64,000 nt of DNA. It comes from Takakia lepidozioides. Its lineage: Eukaryota > Plantae > Bryophyta. The stretch spans positions 15,686,001 to 15,750,000 of the forward strand of contig CM060731.1 of NCBI GenBank assembly GCA_030704615.1. Reading direction: 5' to 3'. The position numbers and the translations under genes are program-made. Within the stretch, counting starts at the first letter, position 1, and every line of letters begins with the position of its first letter. The notes beneath the pieces were generated by a model. It was not told the origin of the DNA and did not search any database. It was given only the letters and a program-made list of their open reading frames with translations. This document shows, in pieces, positions 40,471 through 53,300 of the stretch.

Positions 40471-42229
40471 TCCCTCTGAATCCATGACAGGTTCAATCTA
40501 ATATTGATTGGTCTTTCTCAATCTCATACTTGCACCCATTAGTCTGCCGAGTTCTATGCAGAAAGCAATGGCATTTTCAAACAGATGAGAGACATAATTG
40601 CTGGTTTGATTTGATGTATCTTGAGCTTTACTTGAAGGAAAAAGGGAGGGGACATATGGAAAGGGGGAATCTTTATCACCTTCGAAATGAAGCCACTAGA
40701 AGTCATATGTTTGTAGACTTGAGATGGAAGAGGTAAAGCCTGTTTTAATGTTCACTGCCTGCAATTCCAATCTGAAGCTGCACTTCATTAGGGAAGGCAT
40801 TGCAAGCAGGGGAGGTAGCCAAGCTTAAATCTGGTGTGAAAAATGCTGATCTGAAAAATGCCTCAGCTGGGCACCCTTTCAAGTTGAAACCTGAAGTGGC
40901 ACTCTGCTCAAAAATAAAGTTAATTGATGGAAAGGACATACCAACAGTTAAACCATCAGGAACACAACTCACTTCTGGGAACACATGGTTGTGGAAGTGG
41001 GGCTTGCAAGCCTACTCCTTTGGTTATATTCAATTCAGATATTTGATAGAAACTCTTTTGCCAAAAGTGGGTCTAGTGGCCACTTGTGGTGGCCCAGTTG
41101 CAAAATTGACTAAGCTGGCAGCATCCAAAGTGCATGTTTGCTTAGGAACATGTGCGGGGCTGCCTATCCATGAATTTGTGAGATTGTGAGTGGGTTACCG
41201 ATTTTTTTTTTCCAAAGGTGGACTTCTGCTCCTGCACGGGGTGTGTTCATATTGCTCATGAAAGACCTAGTTGAGGGTGTATTGACAAGTGGTAGGTTTT
41301 AGCATGTTCATGGTTGGTGCATCTTCTGCAGGTTGTGGCACAGAAACCTGTAATCGGTTCCTCTCCGAGCAGCTCCTTGCCAGTCCCTGTGCCAATGTTC
41401 AGGTAGCTCCTTTTCTGGTTCTCAGTTTGGTTGTCATGGTCAATGTTTCTCTCGTATTGCTTTAGCAGGGCAGTAGCATTAGCAGTAACAGTAGCAGTAA
41501 CGGTAGCAGTATATTGATGCTATATGTCGTACATGTAATCATGTTGATCATGCAGTTTACTGTCTTCAAGAGGAATGTCCTCAAGGGAAGTATGAACCCT
41601 TCTTATTGTGGCCCCAGTAATGGCTGTTTGGGGTTTCATCTCAAATTTGAAAGTTTCACTTCACATTTTTGGTGAGTAGTCTTCTTGGTTGCACTGTTGC
41701 ATTTTTCTGTCAATATGCCAAACAATCATTGACTCTTCATATATGAAGCCTATACTAATTACATTCTTGAAGGCTCTTTTCAAATGCTCCGGCACCTATC
41801 TGCTTGATAAATAGGTGCACTGTCAACAAAAGTAATGATGTTACTTGCTTGTTTTTTTTGTTCTGGGCCCTTAAGACTAGAAAAGTGAGCACCATCTACT
41901 GAGGCCTAGGTGTGGACATTGCGTTCAAGAATTCAATACTGTACCCATGCAATTATGTTGACAACCTGTAGGTGTCCCTGGTGTAACTCTTGACTGCTGG
42001 ATTGAAGGCAGGTGCACAATGGCAAGCAGCCCAGCACCGAGCAAGAAGTCCTTTAGCCATCCTGTTGCCATCCTAGCTCTATGTTAACAAGGGATGACAA
42101 ATCAACAGCTACCGTGAGGCATGCTTAGCAAGTAGTAATCTGTGCAGCCTTGCACTGGAAGTAGCTTTCTCAAGCTTGTCTGTCTGTGTCTCAGAAATCC
42201 TGTAACTCATCTCTCTCTCTCTCCATCTC

Positions 42230-43066
42230 AGATCCTAGATGCAGAGTTCGCATGTGTACCATTGCAATCCGAGGCCCTCTTCCAGCTTACAATCTTTCTC
42301 CATAGATTACAGGCCCTTCCACCCAAGGGGCTCGTGGCAAGGGCCCTCACAACATCTATGAGGCTCAAAGCTGCAGGTTTCAGGAACTCCTGGTATGCTC
42401 GAGTGGACAGTTTATTTCAATGTAACGGACTTTCTACTGCTTTCCTATTACCAGTGAATCCAGATGAGGTGGACATCACATCCAGACATGACCGCAACAG
42501 ACTCATTAGGAGAGAGCTGATGGAATTACATGTCAAGAGAACTTGGAAGCTACCCAATCTCACGACAAAGCTCCACTTCTATCGACAGATATTCTTGGTG
42601 CTCCGCGATGATAGAATCTTGAGACCAAATTACCTTTCAGCATCCTTATCTCCTTTCCTCCTGAGGGCATTGGGGCGGTTCAGGATGGGTTCCCACAACC
42701 TACGGATAAAGACTGGCAGATGGGATGACCTGCAACGGGAGGACCGCCTATGTCCAGCTTGCATAGGGCGCAGCAAGGAAATTGAAACTGAAGAACACTT
42801 CTTCTACTGCCCTCTATCCTACGAGATCCGTGGGAGATTCCACGTTTATTCAGTGGAACCCAAACACTCACTGATGTCTTTCACTATGAGGATAAAAAAT
42901 GCTTGGCAGCCTACCTGCACGAGGCCTTCACCCTTAGACAATCGCTAGAACATTAATTGTGGTTTCTGGATTTGTTCCTCTCTCATGTTCTTCCATTTTG
43001 TCCCATAAGCTCTATGAGCTTTCCGCCGACGTTATAAAGCATCATTTCATTTCATTTCATTTCATT

Positions 43067-43067
<1 letters not shown>
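42230..43067 (+). mobile_element. 5'-truncated non-LTR retrotransposon 3' end (RTEX/RTE-like C-terminal zinc finger), family 1
   Basis: TKLHFYR..YL..RALGRFRMGSHNLRIKTGRW..REDRLCPAC..IETEEHFFYCP..EIRGRF. A (CATTT)5 tail at 43043-43067 abuts (CT)n, and (CT)n is also present upstream near 42211. Confidence 0.8.
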
Positions 43068-43096
<29 letters not shown>

Positions 43097-43097
<1 letters not shown>

Positions 43098-43663
43098 ATG
43101 AAGTTAGGCAGAAAACTTCCCTGAACTTGTTTCCAGTCTGTGACATGGGGGAGGACATCTTGGATGACCTCAAGGGTCTACCCACTCTCGGCACTAGACT
43201 GAAATTTAAACTTAGGGCAGGAAGCCTACCTTTGAACAGCAAACAGAAGCAGAGAGGAAAGGGAGAGTGCAATTGCCCGTTGTGTGGGCAATCTGAAGAC
43301 AGTATTCATTTTCTGATACACTGTCCGGGGTTCTCTCACCAAAGAGACGCTCTCTTCAAATCTATTAAGGGAATTGTGCCTGTACCCTTGTTTACCAACT
43401 TTGAAAGTCTCGAGGCTGAGCCAAAAGCCCAGGCCCTCCTGAGGCCTAGTTTTTGGGCAAATCACACACAGCAGATTGATGCTTGTGTGAAGGGATTTCT
43501 AGAGGATATCTGGAAAACCTGGATTAATTCTTTATATGGAGGTAAGTCTTACTACCAACGTCAGCCCCTGACAGAGGTAGGTTCTGTCCCTTTTGTTCCC
43601 GCTCAAACTGGGCGCGGGGTCAATGGCCACAAGGCTACGGCAAACAACGTCTTATGAGTACAA
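43097..43663 (+). mobile_element. 5'-truncated non-LTR retrotransposon 3' end, family 2
   Basis: GTRLKFKLRAGSLPLN..CPLCGQSEDSIHFLIHCPGFSHQR..FLEDIWK. Bounded by (CT)n at 43068-43093 and 43664-43686. Confidence 0.75.
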
Positions 43664-44375
43664 TCTCTCTCTCTCTCTCTCTCTCTATGTTACTTCAATG
43701 CAAGCACAACTGCATCTCTCATGTGGGCAACACTGGCACTAAGTAATGAACGTAGAAGAACGTGTTATCGCTCTTCTTAACAGCTACATGGATGAATGAA
43801 ATTTGGACTTTGATGTGGATAATGTAACTGCCAATCATATTATTCCGTACGAATACCTATATATTCTACATGAATTTAAAAAAATGCGTATTGTTATTAT
43901 TGGCTTACACACTAATAGGTACCTAGTGGACGGGCTGGACCGGGGTGATCGTGGGGTCGATGCAGCGAAGGAACGCGGGAAACAACGTCGTTGACTGCCA
44001 CTGGATTCCCGCTTCCTTTCAGACTCTATCTTTTATGTCCACGTTCATCTAGTGCGGGCCGCTTCGATGTTCCATGGATGTGTATTATCCATGTTGTCAT
44101 TCGAGAGGAGGATGTAGTTGAAAAATTAGTTGGGCGCCATTTCGTGGTTCTTTTCTTTTCGTTTCTTTTCGTCTTTTACTGGATCTTGTACGTGTGCTGG
44201 CTCGTTCGGCAAGGGTCGCGCGCCAAAGGTTTTGTGGTGCAGAATCATTTTCTTGAGCGCCACGCTTCTGCGTGCTTCATCAAAGGCGTTCGGAGCTCTC
44301 CTCGGTGCTTGTTTAGTATCCGCTTCTGTGTTGATTCTGCACCTGCGCGTTTGTTGAAGAGACGCAAGTGCAAAG

Positions 44376-47300
44376 ATGCCAGAGAAGAAGAGTGTTGTGG
44401 TGGTGGGAGGCGGCGTGGCTGGCGCCCCGGTTGCCAAGTTCTTGGAAGATGAATTTGATGTCACGCTCATAGACCCGTATGTCTCTATCTCCCTCCTCCT
44501 GTTTTCCTTCCTCTGTGTAGGTACTGCTACCTCTCTCGAGGGAAGAAAGATTAAGCTGGTTGTACTACGTTTTTGAATGTTTCTCTTTCAGCTGTCATGA
44601 TTATGGAGGTTCTTTGTGATATTTCAGCGTCTATAAGAGCAAGCTTTTCCGTAAAGCTGATGGCCCTCTCTGACTCAGGATTAGCTCACTTTCAAATTGG
44701 ACATCGGGAATCTTGAAATTAGCAACGCGACAGTCTGGCTATCGTGTCTCATCCGTCTTTCGCCCACCAGTGGGGCCTTGCATCGGAGGCTTCAGAAAGA
44801 AACAATTTCCAAGTGAAAATGCCGACTGTTGCTGGCTCACCTATGTGGACTCTTTATGACCGAATCATTAGACATCATGATAAGCTACATTCCTGTGTAG
44901 TCTCTGGACCACACTGCTGTGCAACGCATTGTCTTTATGAAACCCATGTATCATGGTATAAGCATTCGGAAATCCAGATAACATGTCTTAAGTGGAAAAG
45001 CGAAGTTGAGGCGTGGACGCAGTGTGCGGAAATGCTCAATCGAGACAGGTTGTCACCCTGGTTACGACAGATTGGCTCAGTTGTTAGAGATTGCCCGTAA
45101 TAGTTCGGCATTTACCACTTTTTACCAACTAGTGATCAACTAAAAATACAGAAGTAATCCCTAAGACCAGCTTTTGTAGTGAAAGCGAATAGTTCGTCAT
45201 TTCTGCTCGTGATACGATATTATGGAACGAATTAGTGTTCACTGTCAATAGCAGCTTAAGGAAAATGTCAATATATGGGGATTTCCCATGTTGGATTTCC
45301 CCAGCCACATTCAGATGAGCAAGGTAGTCTGGCAAAAAACGAGCGGTAGATCTGGGAGGCTAGAAAAGGTGTGCTTCGACGAGACATATGGTGTCAATGT
45401 CAAATACAAAAGTTTACTAGGTAGTCAAATTCTGACCAAAGGCATTAGTTGTGTGTATTTGAAGTATGCTCTACTTGTGACCTGATCCAAAATGTCCGGC
45501 CAGGTTAACTAAAGTGATCATTACTTGCGTGACCTAGATTCGGAGTACTCTTGTTGGCCTCGAGTGGACGGGCACATTGCCTGCTGCTTTAAATTCAGGA
45601 CATCTTTCTTCTACACCAGTGCAGGTGTAGGTGTTGGGGTCCACTATATAGTAGTACATTGGCAAGAGCACTAATCCTGCACCATTTCCTTCTGGTGGGG
45701 TATAAAGGAGGTCATCTACTAATAGAAGAAGATCACGGTTAAGACCTTTCTGGTTTCACTTACCTTTGCCATTGCGAGAAGAAAAATGAGATCGATCCAA
45801 ATAATTTCCATTGATTTTGAGAGATATGGATGTCATTCTTTTGATGACAACAATTGTATTCAGTTGGTGATGGTTGGTTGGGCGTGATGGGAAGACAGAA
45901 AGGACTACTTTGAGGTGCCTTACGCCGAGCTGAGATGTATAGTGGAGCCCTCATTTGCTGAGCGCTCAGTTATCAAGCACTCTGACTACTTGAAGAAGGC
46001 CAAAGTGTTGATAAGTGCTGCTCAAAGTGCGACAAATTCCGAAGTGGTTACTTCTGCAGGGGACAAAATTCCATATGATTTTCTTGTTATCACTACAGGT
46101 TCCACATACCTTGGCCCAGGGACAAGGGCAGAGCGCATCCAAGAGTACCAAGCTGGTGTGTACGTGTATGTTCGGTCCATAATAGTTTAGAGATCTATTT
46201 TCACTCATAAATTTTTTGCTCTTGCTTGCTTTTCCGGAGTCTTGAAAGCACTTAGATATTACTGCTTGTCTTTGTTTGAAATGGGATTAGCATTTGTGCA
46301 GCCAACAAAAAGCTGGAAGCTGCACAGTCGGTGCTTATTGTCGGAGGTGGTCCAGTGGGTGTTGAGCTAGCTGGCGAGATTGTGGTCGATTACCCCGAAA
46401 AGAAGGTCAGTACTGACATGTTGTTTTTCATCATTACCCTGGCAGTATGAGGTATATAATGTCAGCGCACACATAGGGAACAAGTTTATGGGGGAATAAG
46501 CTTGCATTGAGCTGTACACCCAGGTCCAGTGGATCCACATGACTTGACCTGGGTGTACAGATCAACATTGGGACTCTTTGATGAGGAGAAGAAGGTGAAA
46601 TATAGTTTGTAATATGTCCTTGACTGTGTAGTTGAAAATGGAACTGAAAGAATTCATGATTCCCTAGCAGACATCTTCATTATGCTTGGTTTGTGTGGCT
46701 ATGAAGGTTACCCTTGTGTCTTCAAGTGAGAAGTTATTGGAGTTCTTGGGGCCCAAAGCCTCTGAAAAGACCCTCAAGTGGCTCAAGTCCAAGAAGGTGG
46801 AGGTCATTCTCAATGACAGGTTGTGTACCTGCACCATCCAAACCATGTGCATGAAACCACCAATTAGTTCAGTTAACTTGTATGTGCAGCTCCACTATAT
46901 GTTTGTATTACCTGAAGTAAGCTGTAAGTTCAAACTTGATATACCCGAGAACAATTTTAAATCAAAGAACTCCTATGCAGCTGGTCAAGTACAAAGAGCC
47001 CCATAAGCTTTGTGCTCCATTTCACAGGATGTGCAAAACTTTGTGTTCTCTAATTTATCCCGCGCACAGAAATTGCATCACAAATTCAGATCCTCTGACT
47101 GCCTGCAAAATGACTTGATTGTGCAGGACCTGATACAATCTGATAGTACAACATAGTCTGATTCCTCCATTCAAATCTCACATTCTGTGTGTCATTCAGG
47201 GTAGAGGTCGAGGGTCTGGAAGGGCCCACTTACACCACACAAAAGGGAACAACTATCAATGCTGATGCCCATTTTGTCTGCATCGGGAAGCGTCTAGGCT

Positions 47301-48143
47301 CTTCATGGTTGCGAGACTCAGAGTTTTCAAATCTGCTGGACACTGAGAACCGTTTGAAGGTGGATGCAAACTTGCGCTTGGAAGGCAAGTCCAACATTTT
47401 TGCTGCTGGAGATATTACCAATCTCAAGGTATTGACTTCCAGCACCTCTTTTCCTTCCATCTCATTTTGGTCGCCTTCAGATCTGGGTCAAACTTTTGGA
47501 AGTGGTTACATTAGAAGCGGCTTAGCATTAAGTCTTCAATGAGAAATGCCATTACCATGCTGTAGACAGACAGACAACCCCATTCTATTGGTAGCATATA
47601 TTCGCCTGGTGCTGTCTTCGTACACCAGTCAGGTTGGGAATTTTATATTTATTTCTCTCAATGGCATAAAAATGAAAGTTACTCCAACCTAAGCGTTGCA
47701 TGAAGGAAGACTACCTCATGTAGGTTATAAAGAGTTGGGGTGCTCATAGCTAAGGGCCTTGGCCAGGACAGAAATGAAAACTTTGTACATACTGGAATAG
47801 TGGCAGAATAGTGGGAGAGTGGTCCAGCAAATATGGGCTACGCATTAAATTGTTGACCTCTTGGCTGGTGCGTATGTAGGAAATCAAGCAAGGGTTTTTG
47901 GCAGGTAAACATGGGACCGTGGTGGTAGAGAACATCAAGAAGTTAAGCAAGGACCCATCCTCCACAAAGCTGTCATCATACACACCCTTGGCTTCACCAT
48001 TTGGAGCTGTTTCATTAGGAAGGACTGTAGCCGTTGCACAGTTGCCATTTGGAACAATTTTGGGCTGGTTGCCGGGCAAGTTAAAAAATAAAGACCTGTT
48101 CGTTGGGAAGTCTCGAAAGATACTGGGATTGTCTTCGGACTGA
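44376..48143 (+). CDS. FAD/NAD(P)-dependent oxidoreductase, AIFM2/FSP1/AMID-like, 355 aa
   Basis: Six GT-AG exons in phase: 44376-44476, 45899-46155, 46302-46405, 46707-46819, 47200-47428, 47880-48143 (1068 nt). Motifs: VVVVGGGVAG, DVTLIDPKDYFEVP, YDFLVITTGS, VLIVGGGPVGVELAGEI, NIFAAGDIT, EIKQGFLA. Confidence 0.95.
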
Positions 48144-48779
48144 CTCGACTGGATACATCATGAGGCCAGCTTTCTCAGGAGGGAAATCTTGGTCTATCAG
48201 TTGGAATTCTAGAGTGGGGTACAGAGGTGCCTTAATAAGCTAGGAGAAGTGAGGTCACGATCATCCATCAAACCATGAAAGAAAGTGGTGTGTATTGGCT
48301 CATCGATATTTTTCTTGCTTGAGCCATTTATTCTTATGTCCAATGTAAATTTTGTTTGACCATATGTGAATAGCAAACTGTCAATGATAGCTTTATCATG
48401 TTCTCCCGCAGCCTAGCGCGTTCAGCAATTTATTGGCAGTCCAAGATATTATGGTATTCACAAAGAATGCAGTTGGGATCTCCATTTCTGAGTTGGCAAA
48501 TCCCCTGTTCCAAATATTGTATACATTCGTGAACTTACATTGCATTTTCAGATGTTGCTTGAACAGACTAATATTTGAAGCATATCTATGATACTTGCTT
48601 TATTGTTCCTGGTCTGGTGAATAAGTATCCAAGTGTATCATTAGATGAGTCATTCTAATATCATCCATTATTATTTGTGGATGAAGACCCATTACACACC
48701 AAAAATCAACAATACTGGGTAAAGTAGATTTGGGATAAGGTAGAGATTTTGGGATTTTGAAATTTGGGACAAATAGATT

Positions 48780-48997
48780 TGTTTTATCTTTATTTTTTAA
48801 ATTTTTATGAAGTGAACCTGGGAGCCCACAATCCAGGCCCTTGAGGAGGGGGGAAATTAACCCCCTTTCATTTATGGGCCACGAGACCTACAGGACAAAG
48901 GCATACCGCCATGAACAATCCACACACGGGGCTGGGCAGGGGATTTGAGCCCCGAACCACCAAGGTGACACACTGTGCACTTACCACCTTTATAAAC
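48780..48997 (-). mobile_element. tRNA-derived SINE (a near-identical inverted copy lies at about 62178-62390)
   Basis: The minus strand has a B-box-like GGGGCTCAAATCCC, a body ending CCTCAAGGGCCTGGATTGTGGGCTCCCAGGTT, and an A-rich tail. Confidence 0.7.
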
Positions 48998-50304
48998 AGT
49001 ATGGTGGAAGAGACACACACATAGAGACATACAGAGTTTTTATCTATCTTTCAAGGACCTTTTCTCAGTCTCATGACAGACTGTCCACTTGTTTTATCGA
49101 TACATATTCCAAGTTCAAATGAGAAACTGTTTTATTGCCATCGCTTTACTTCATCTCACATCATAGCACAGGTACAACACTGATCACTCTGATCACACAC
49201 TCGTACAAATAAGAGTTGGACTCTAGGAATCTCCAAGGATCTGCATGGAGAAGTGGATAAGTGCGCCGCCATTCCAGCAATGAGCTACCAATGCCCATCA
49301 TTCTATAAAATTGACTGAAGCTCTGGTCAATCAAGAAGGCTGTGAGGGCTAATGCAAATGAGGTGACATAGGCATTGCTGACACGTGTTGCTGCAATATC
49401 AAACAGAGCCTTCTTGCTGGGTAGAAGGGATTCATCGTTGTTCACCACTCCCAGACAGCCGGTCCAGTTGGATGGAGTCAGGAACGATTATACACCATAC
49501 TTTGCTGCCATCCATCTTGTCGCAATCTGAATCCACCACACCACAAGTTTAATGTACATAAGAACCACCCCCATTGATGGACAACATGTGATTGCATAGC
49601 CGTCTCATATGTGAGGGATGGCTATATTCCAGTTAATATGCAACCAGATGTTGAGAAAAGTCAGATTGTACATGAGAGGGACTAGAGGACCTCTGGAATA
49701 GAAAGCTGAAGGCGGAATTTTGGGCCATCATAGTGGTGCAGCACAGGCCTAAAAGCATCCTCTTCCAGTGGCTTGCACTGTTGAAGGATACGGATTATAC
49801 CTGGAGATTGCCACAAAAAGAACCAGCCAGACATGTTGGCTTCATTGGCATTTTCATGCCATAGAGGAAGGTCAACAGTGGCCTGCTGTATTGATCATAC
49901 GCCTTGCCATTTGGATGTACTATTCCAGGATTCCAGTGCCCACCAACTGGAATTAGTAATTACAGTGCCTTTGATAGAGGTTGGCATACAAACACAAGCA
50001 CAAACCAATACCTTGTTTAAGTGTCAGGATGAGTTAGTCTTGAAGAAAGACCCTTCAGCAGACAAGATCTCTCAAAAAGCCCTTCTGGACATCACCTCAA
50101 CAATACAACGAAACCATAAATTAAATAAGAACGCCCAGGTCAAAATGTAACACCAACCTCAGATGGGAATCTAGATTCACCACGACATTTTTTGTCTTCC
50201 CAAGCTGTTGGATCGATATTAGAACCACCAAAACTCGAAGCTTGCAACCACAATACATGGTAGACTAGTCAATTCCTAATAGATGTGCCATGGAGCTTAG
50301 AAAG

Positions 50305-53300
50305 TGTCACAGTTCCTAAAATCCCATAGACTTGACAAAACAAGACAATGACAACATGAGAGAGATAGAACGCTTTCACGGAGCATAACATTAAGACATG
50401 ATCACAATACAAGGAGGAATATCTGCCTTGATGCCAACTGACATCTGAAACCCGTGTACCAACCAACGTAACAGATAATTACTTAGAACTGACTAGTAAC
50501 TGTTACTCAACGTTCAGGTACCATAGGGTGTGACGCTTCATATCATTAACACTCCCTTTAAGCTCGCACCCTAAACACTCAATACTGACATAGCATGTCT
50601 ACACCAGATGTGTTTATCTCTTGGCACAGCCTTAGAAAACACATCTGCAACCATCTTTACAGTGCTACAGAACTCTAGCAGTATCTCTTTACTCTCCACT
50701 TTCTCTCGAATAAAATGGTGTTGGATTTCTATATGCTTAATTCTAGCATGAAACTTAGGGTTCTTAGTTAACGCTATACAACTTTGGTTGTCACAAGAGA
50801 GCCTAGTAGGATGAGGTTGCTCATGACCAATACTCTTGAGTAAACTCCTCAACCATACAATCTCCTTGGCTGCTTGTGTAGCAGCAATGTATTCTGCTTC
50901 AGTAGATGACAATGCAACTGTTGCTTGCTTCTTACTACTCCAGCTAACAGTGGCAGAACTACCAAGCAAGAAAACATAGCCTGTGGTTGACTTCCGGTTA
51001 TCAGGATGACTCGCCCAATCAGCATCACAGTATCCATGTAACTCAATATGACCAGCAGCCTTCTCTCTACTCCCACTGAAACATAAGCCATGATCTTCAG
51101 TTCCTTTAATATACCGGAAGATTCGCTTTACAGCAGTCCAATGTCGTATGCCAGGATTTACCAGAAACTGGCTCACTACTCCCATAGCAAAAGCCAAGTC
51201 TGGTCTAGAACATACCATTAAGTACATCAAACTTCCCACAACACTTTGATATGGAGCACTGGTTATAGCTTGCTTTTCTTCATCGCTTTGAGGACATATA
51301 TTTGTACTCAACTTCACACCAGTTTTGAGTGTAGTACTCATTGGTTTGCAAAAGCTCATTCCAAACTTATTCAAAATAGTTTGAATATACTTCTTCTAAC
51401 TTAAGTGTAAAGTACCCTTGTCCCTGTCTCGTTCAACTTGAATGCCCATAAAATAATGAATGTCTCTAAGATCCGTCATATCAAATGTAGCATGTAAACG
51501 TTGTTTTGCATGTTTCAATGCTTTCACATCATTGCTGACTAAAATTGAGTCATCTACATACAGTGCAATGAGTACAAACTTGTCCTCTTTGAATTTAATG
51601 TACACATTACTATCTGCTGGAGATGCCACAAAACCTTCAGAGATTAAATAACCATTAAACTTCTGGAACCATGCTCAAGGTGATTGTTTCAAGCCATATA
51701 GGGTTTTTATCAACTTACAGACCAAGTCTTCTTCTCCTGGAGCAATGAACCCTTGAGGCTACTCCATATAAACCTTCTCCTCCAAATCTCCATTTAAGAA
51801 GGCGGTCTTCACGTCCATTTGATGGACCTCCAGATTTGATAGTGTGGCAATAGCCAAAATAGTCCTGATAGAAGATATTTTTGCAACAGGTGAAAATGTC
51901 TCATTAAAATCCACTCATTCTCTCTGAGGAAAACCTCTTGCAACTAGTCTGGCATTATACATTTCCACTGATCCATCTGCTATAAGTTTTAGTTTATAGA
52001 TCCACTTACATCCAACCAGGAGTCACCATGCTGTGCTCAATGGCTGGCCTAGCTGGCAACTCCTGCAACCTTGCAGCTGCCGCTTGCCATGGCGCATCTG
52101 TGGCTGAATTCACCCTCAAATCCAAAGCATCCATAGACTGCACCTTATTTGCTATCTCTGCAGATACTGCCAATGCATCACCACTATCACAGAGTCTAGC
52201 TGCTAGTCTGAACACAGCAGCTAGCCGAATCCCCGACATTGCAATGGTCATTGCAGAAAATAATGGAGCTTGACAAACCGCCATAGCCGCCCCCAACAAT
52301 GTACTGGCTGAACCTTGTTTTACAACACCACCCACTGGCATTTCCCGAGCCACACCAACTCTCCCCAGTGACATTCGTGGCTCTACCTCTAACACACTTG
52401 GACAGTCTTTCTCCCTTGCGGAAGTTTAGTTAGCTTCTAAGTACCATTCTTTAGTACGGATGCAAACTCTTCATTCATAGCCTCTTGCCATCCTGACGAC
52501 TTTCTACAACTGAGAGCTTCCTTAAATGACACTGGCTCTTCATTTTCAACAAGCATTGTTTGTGACAAATCGAGAGATTCTATGAGTCTTTGACTGGGTC
52601 TTCTCTCTCTCATGGACCTGCGAACTTGGATATCAAGTTGAACCCTAGGTGCTCGTAGTTGAGGTTGAGCCACTTGAATATTTGCTGGAATATTACTTGG
52701 CTGTGGTGTCTCTATTTCCTCATCAGAGCCAGAGTTAGAATCTTCGTCTATGTCCAAACTTAGATCCTTCTCAGGCTCACCACCTCAAAGTGCCTTTGGT
52801 TTCTATGCTTCATTGAAAACCACATCACGACTAACTAACAAGACTTTGTTAGCTAGATCAAACAACTAATAGGATTTACTGGCTTCCGAATAACCCACAA
52901 AAATACACTTTGTGCTTTTATCATCAAGCTTCTTCTTCTTCTCCCTAGGGATATGAACAAAAGCTTCACAACCAAAAACACGTAAATGCTTCAATGAGGG
53001 CTTCTGACTAGTCCAAACTTCCTCCGGTGTCCTTCCTGGCACAGCACTTGTAGGTACCCTGTTTAATACATAGTTGGCCGTTTGCACAACATCTGCCCAC
53101 CATTTGTTATCTAACCCACTATGCTTCAACATTGTCTTTGCTGCTTCTACCAATGACCAGTTCTTACGTTCAGCCACCCTGTTCTGCTCTGGGGTGTAAG
53201 GAGCAGTCAATTGACGCTCAATTCCTTCTCTCATGCAAAATTGAGCAAAAGCATTTGACTTGTACTCCCCTCCATTGTCAGAGCGCAATTTCTTGACTCG

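Noticed and set aside
49160-50290. Possible decayed L1 remnant interrupted by the copia element (continuing at 55360-56020)
   Set aside because: Only vague coding-like texture, with no motif I can cite confidently.
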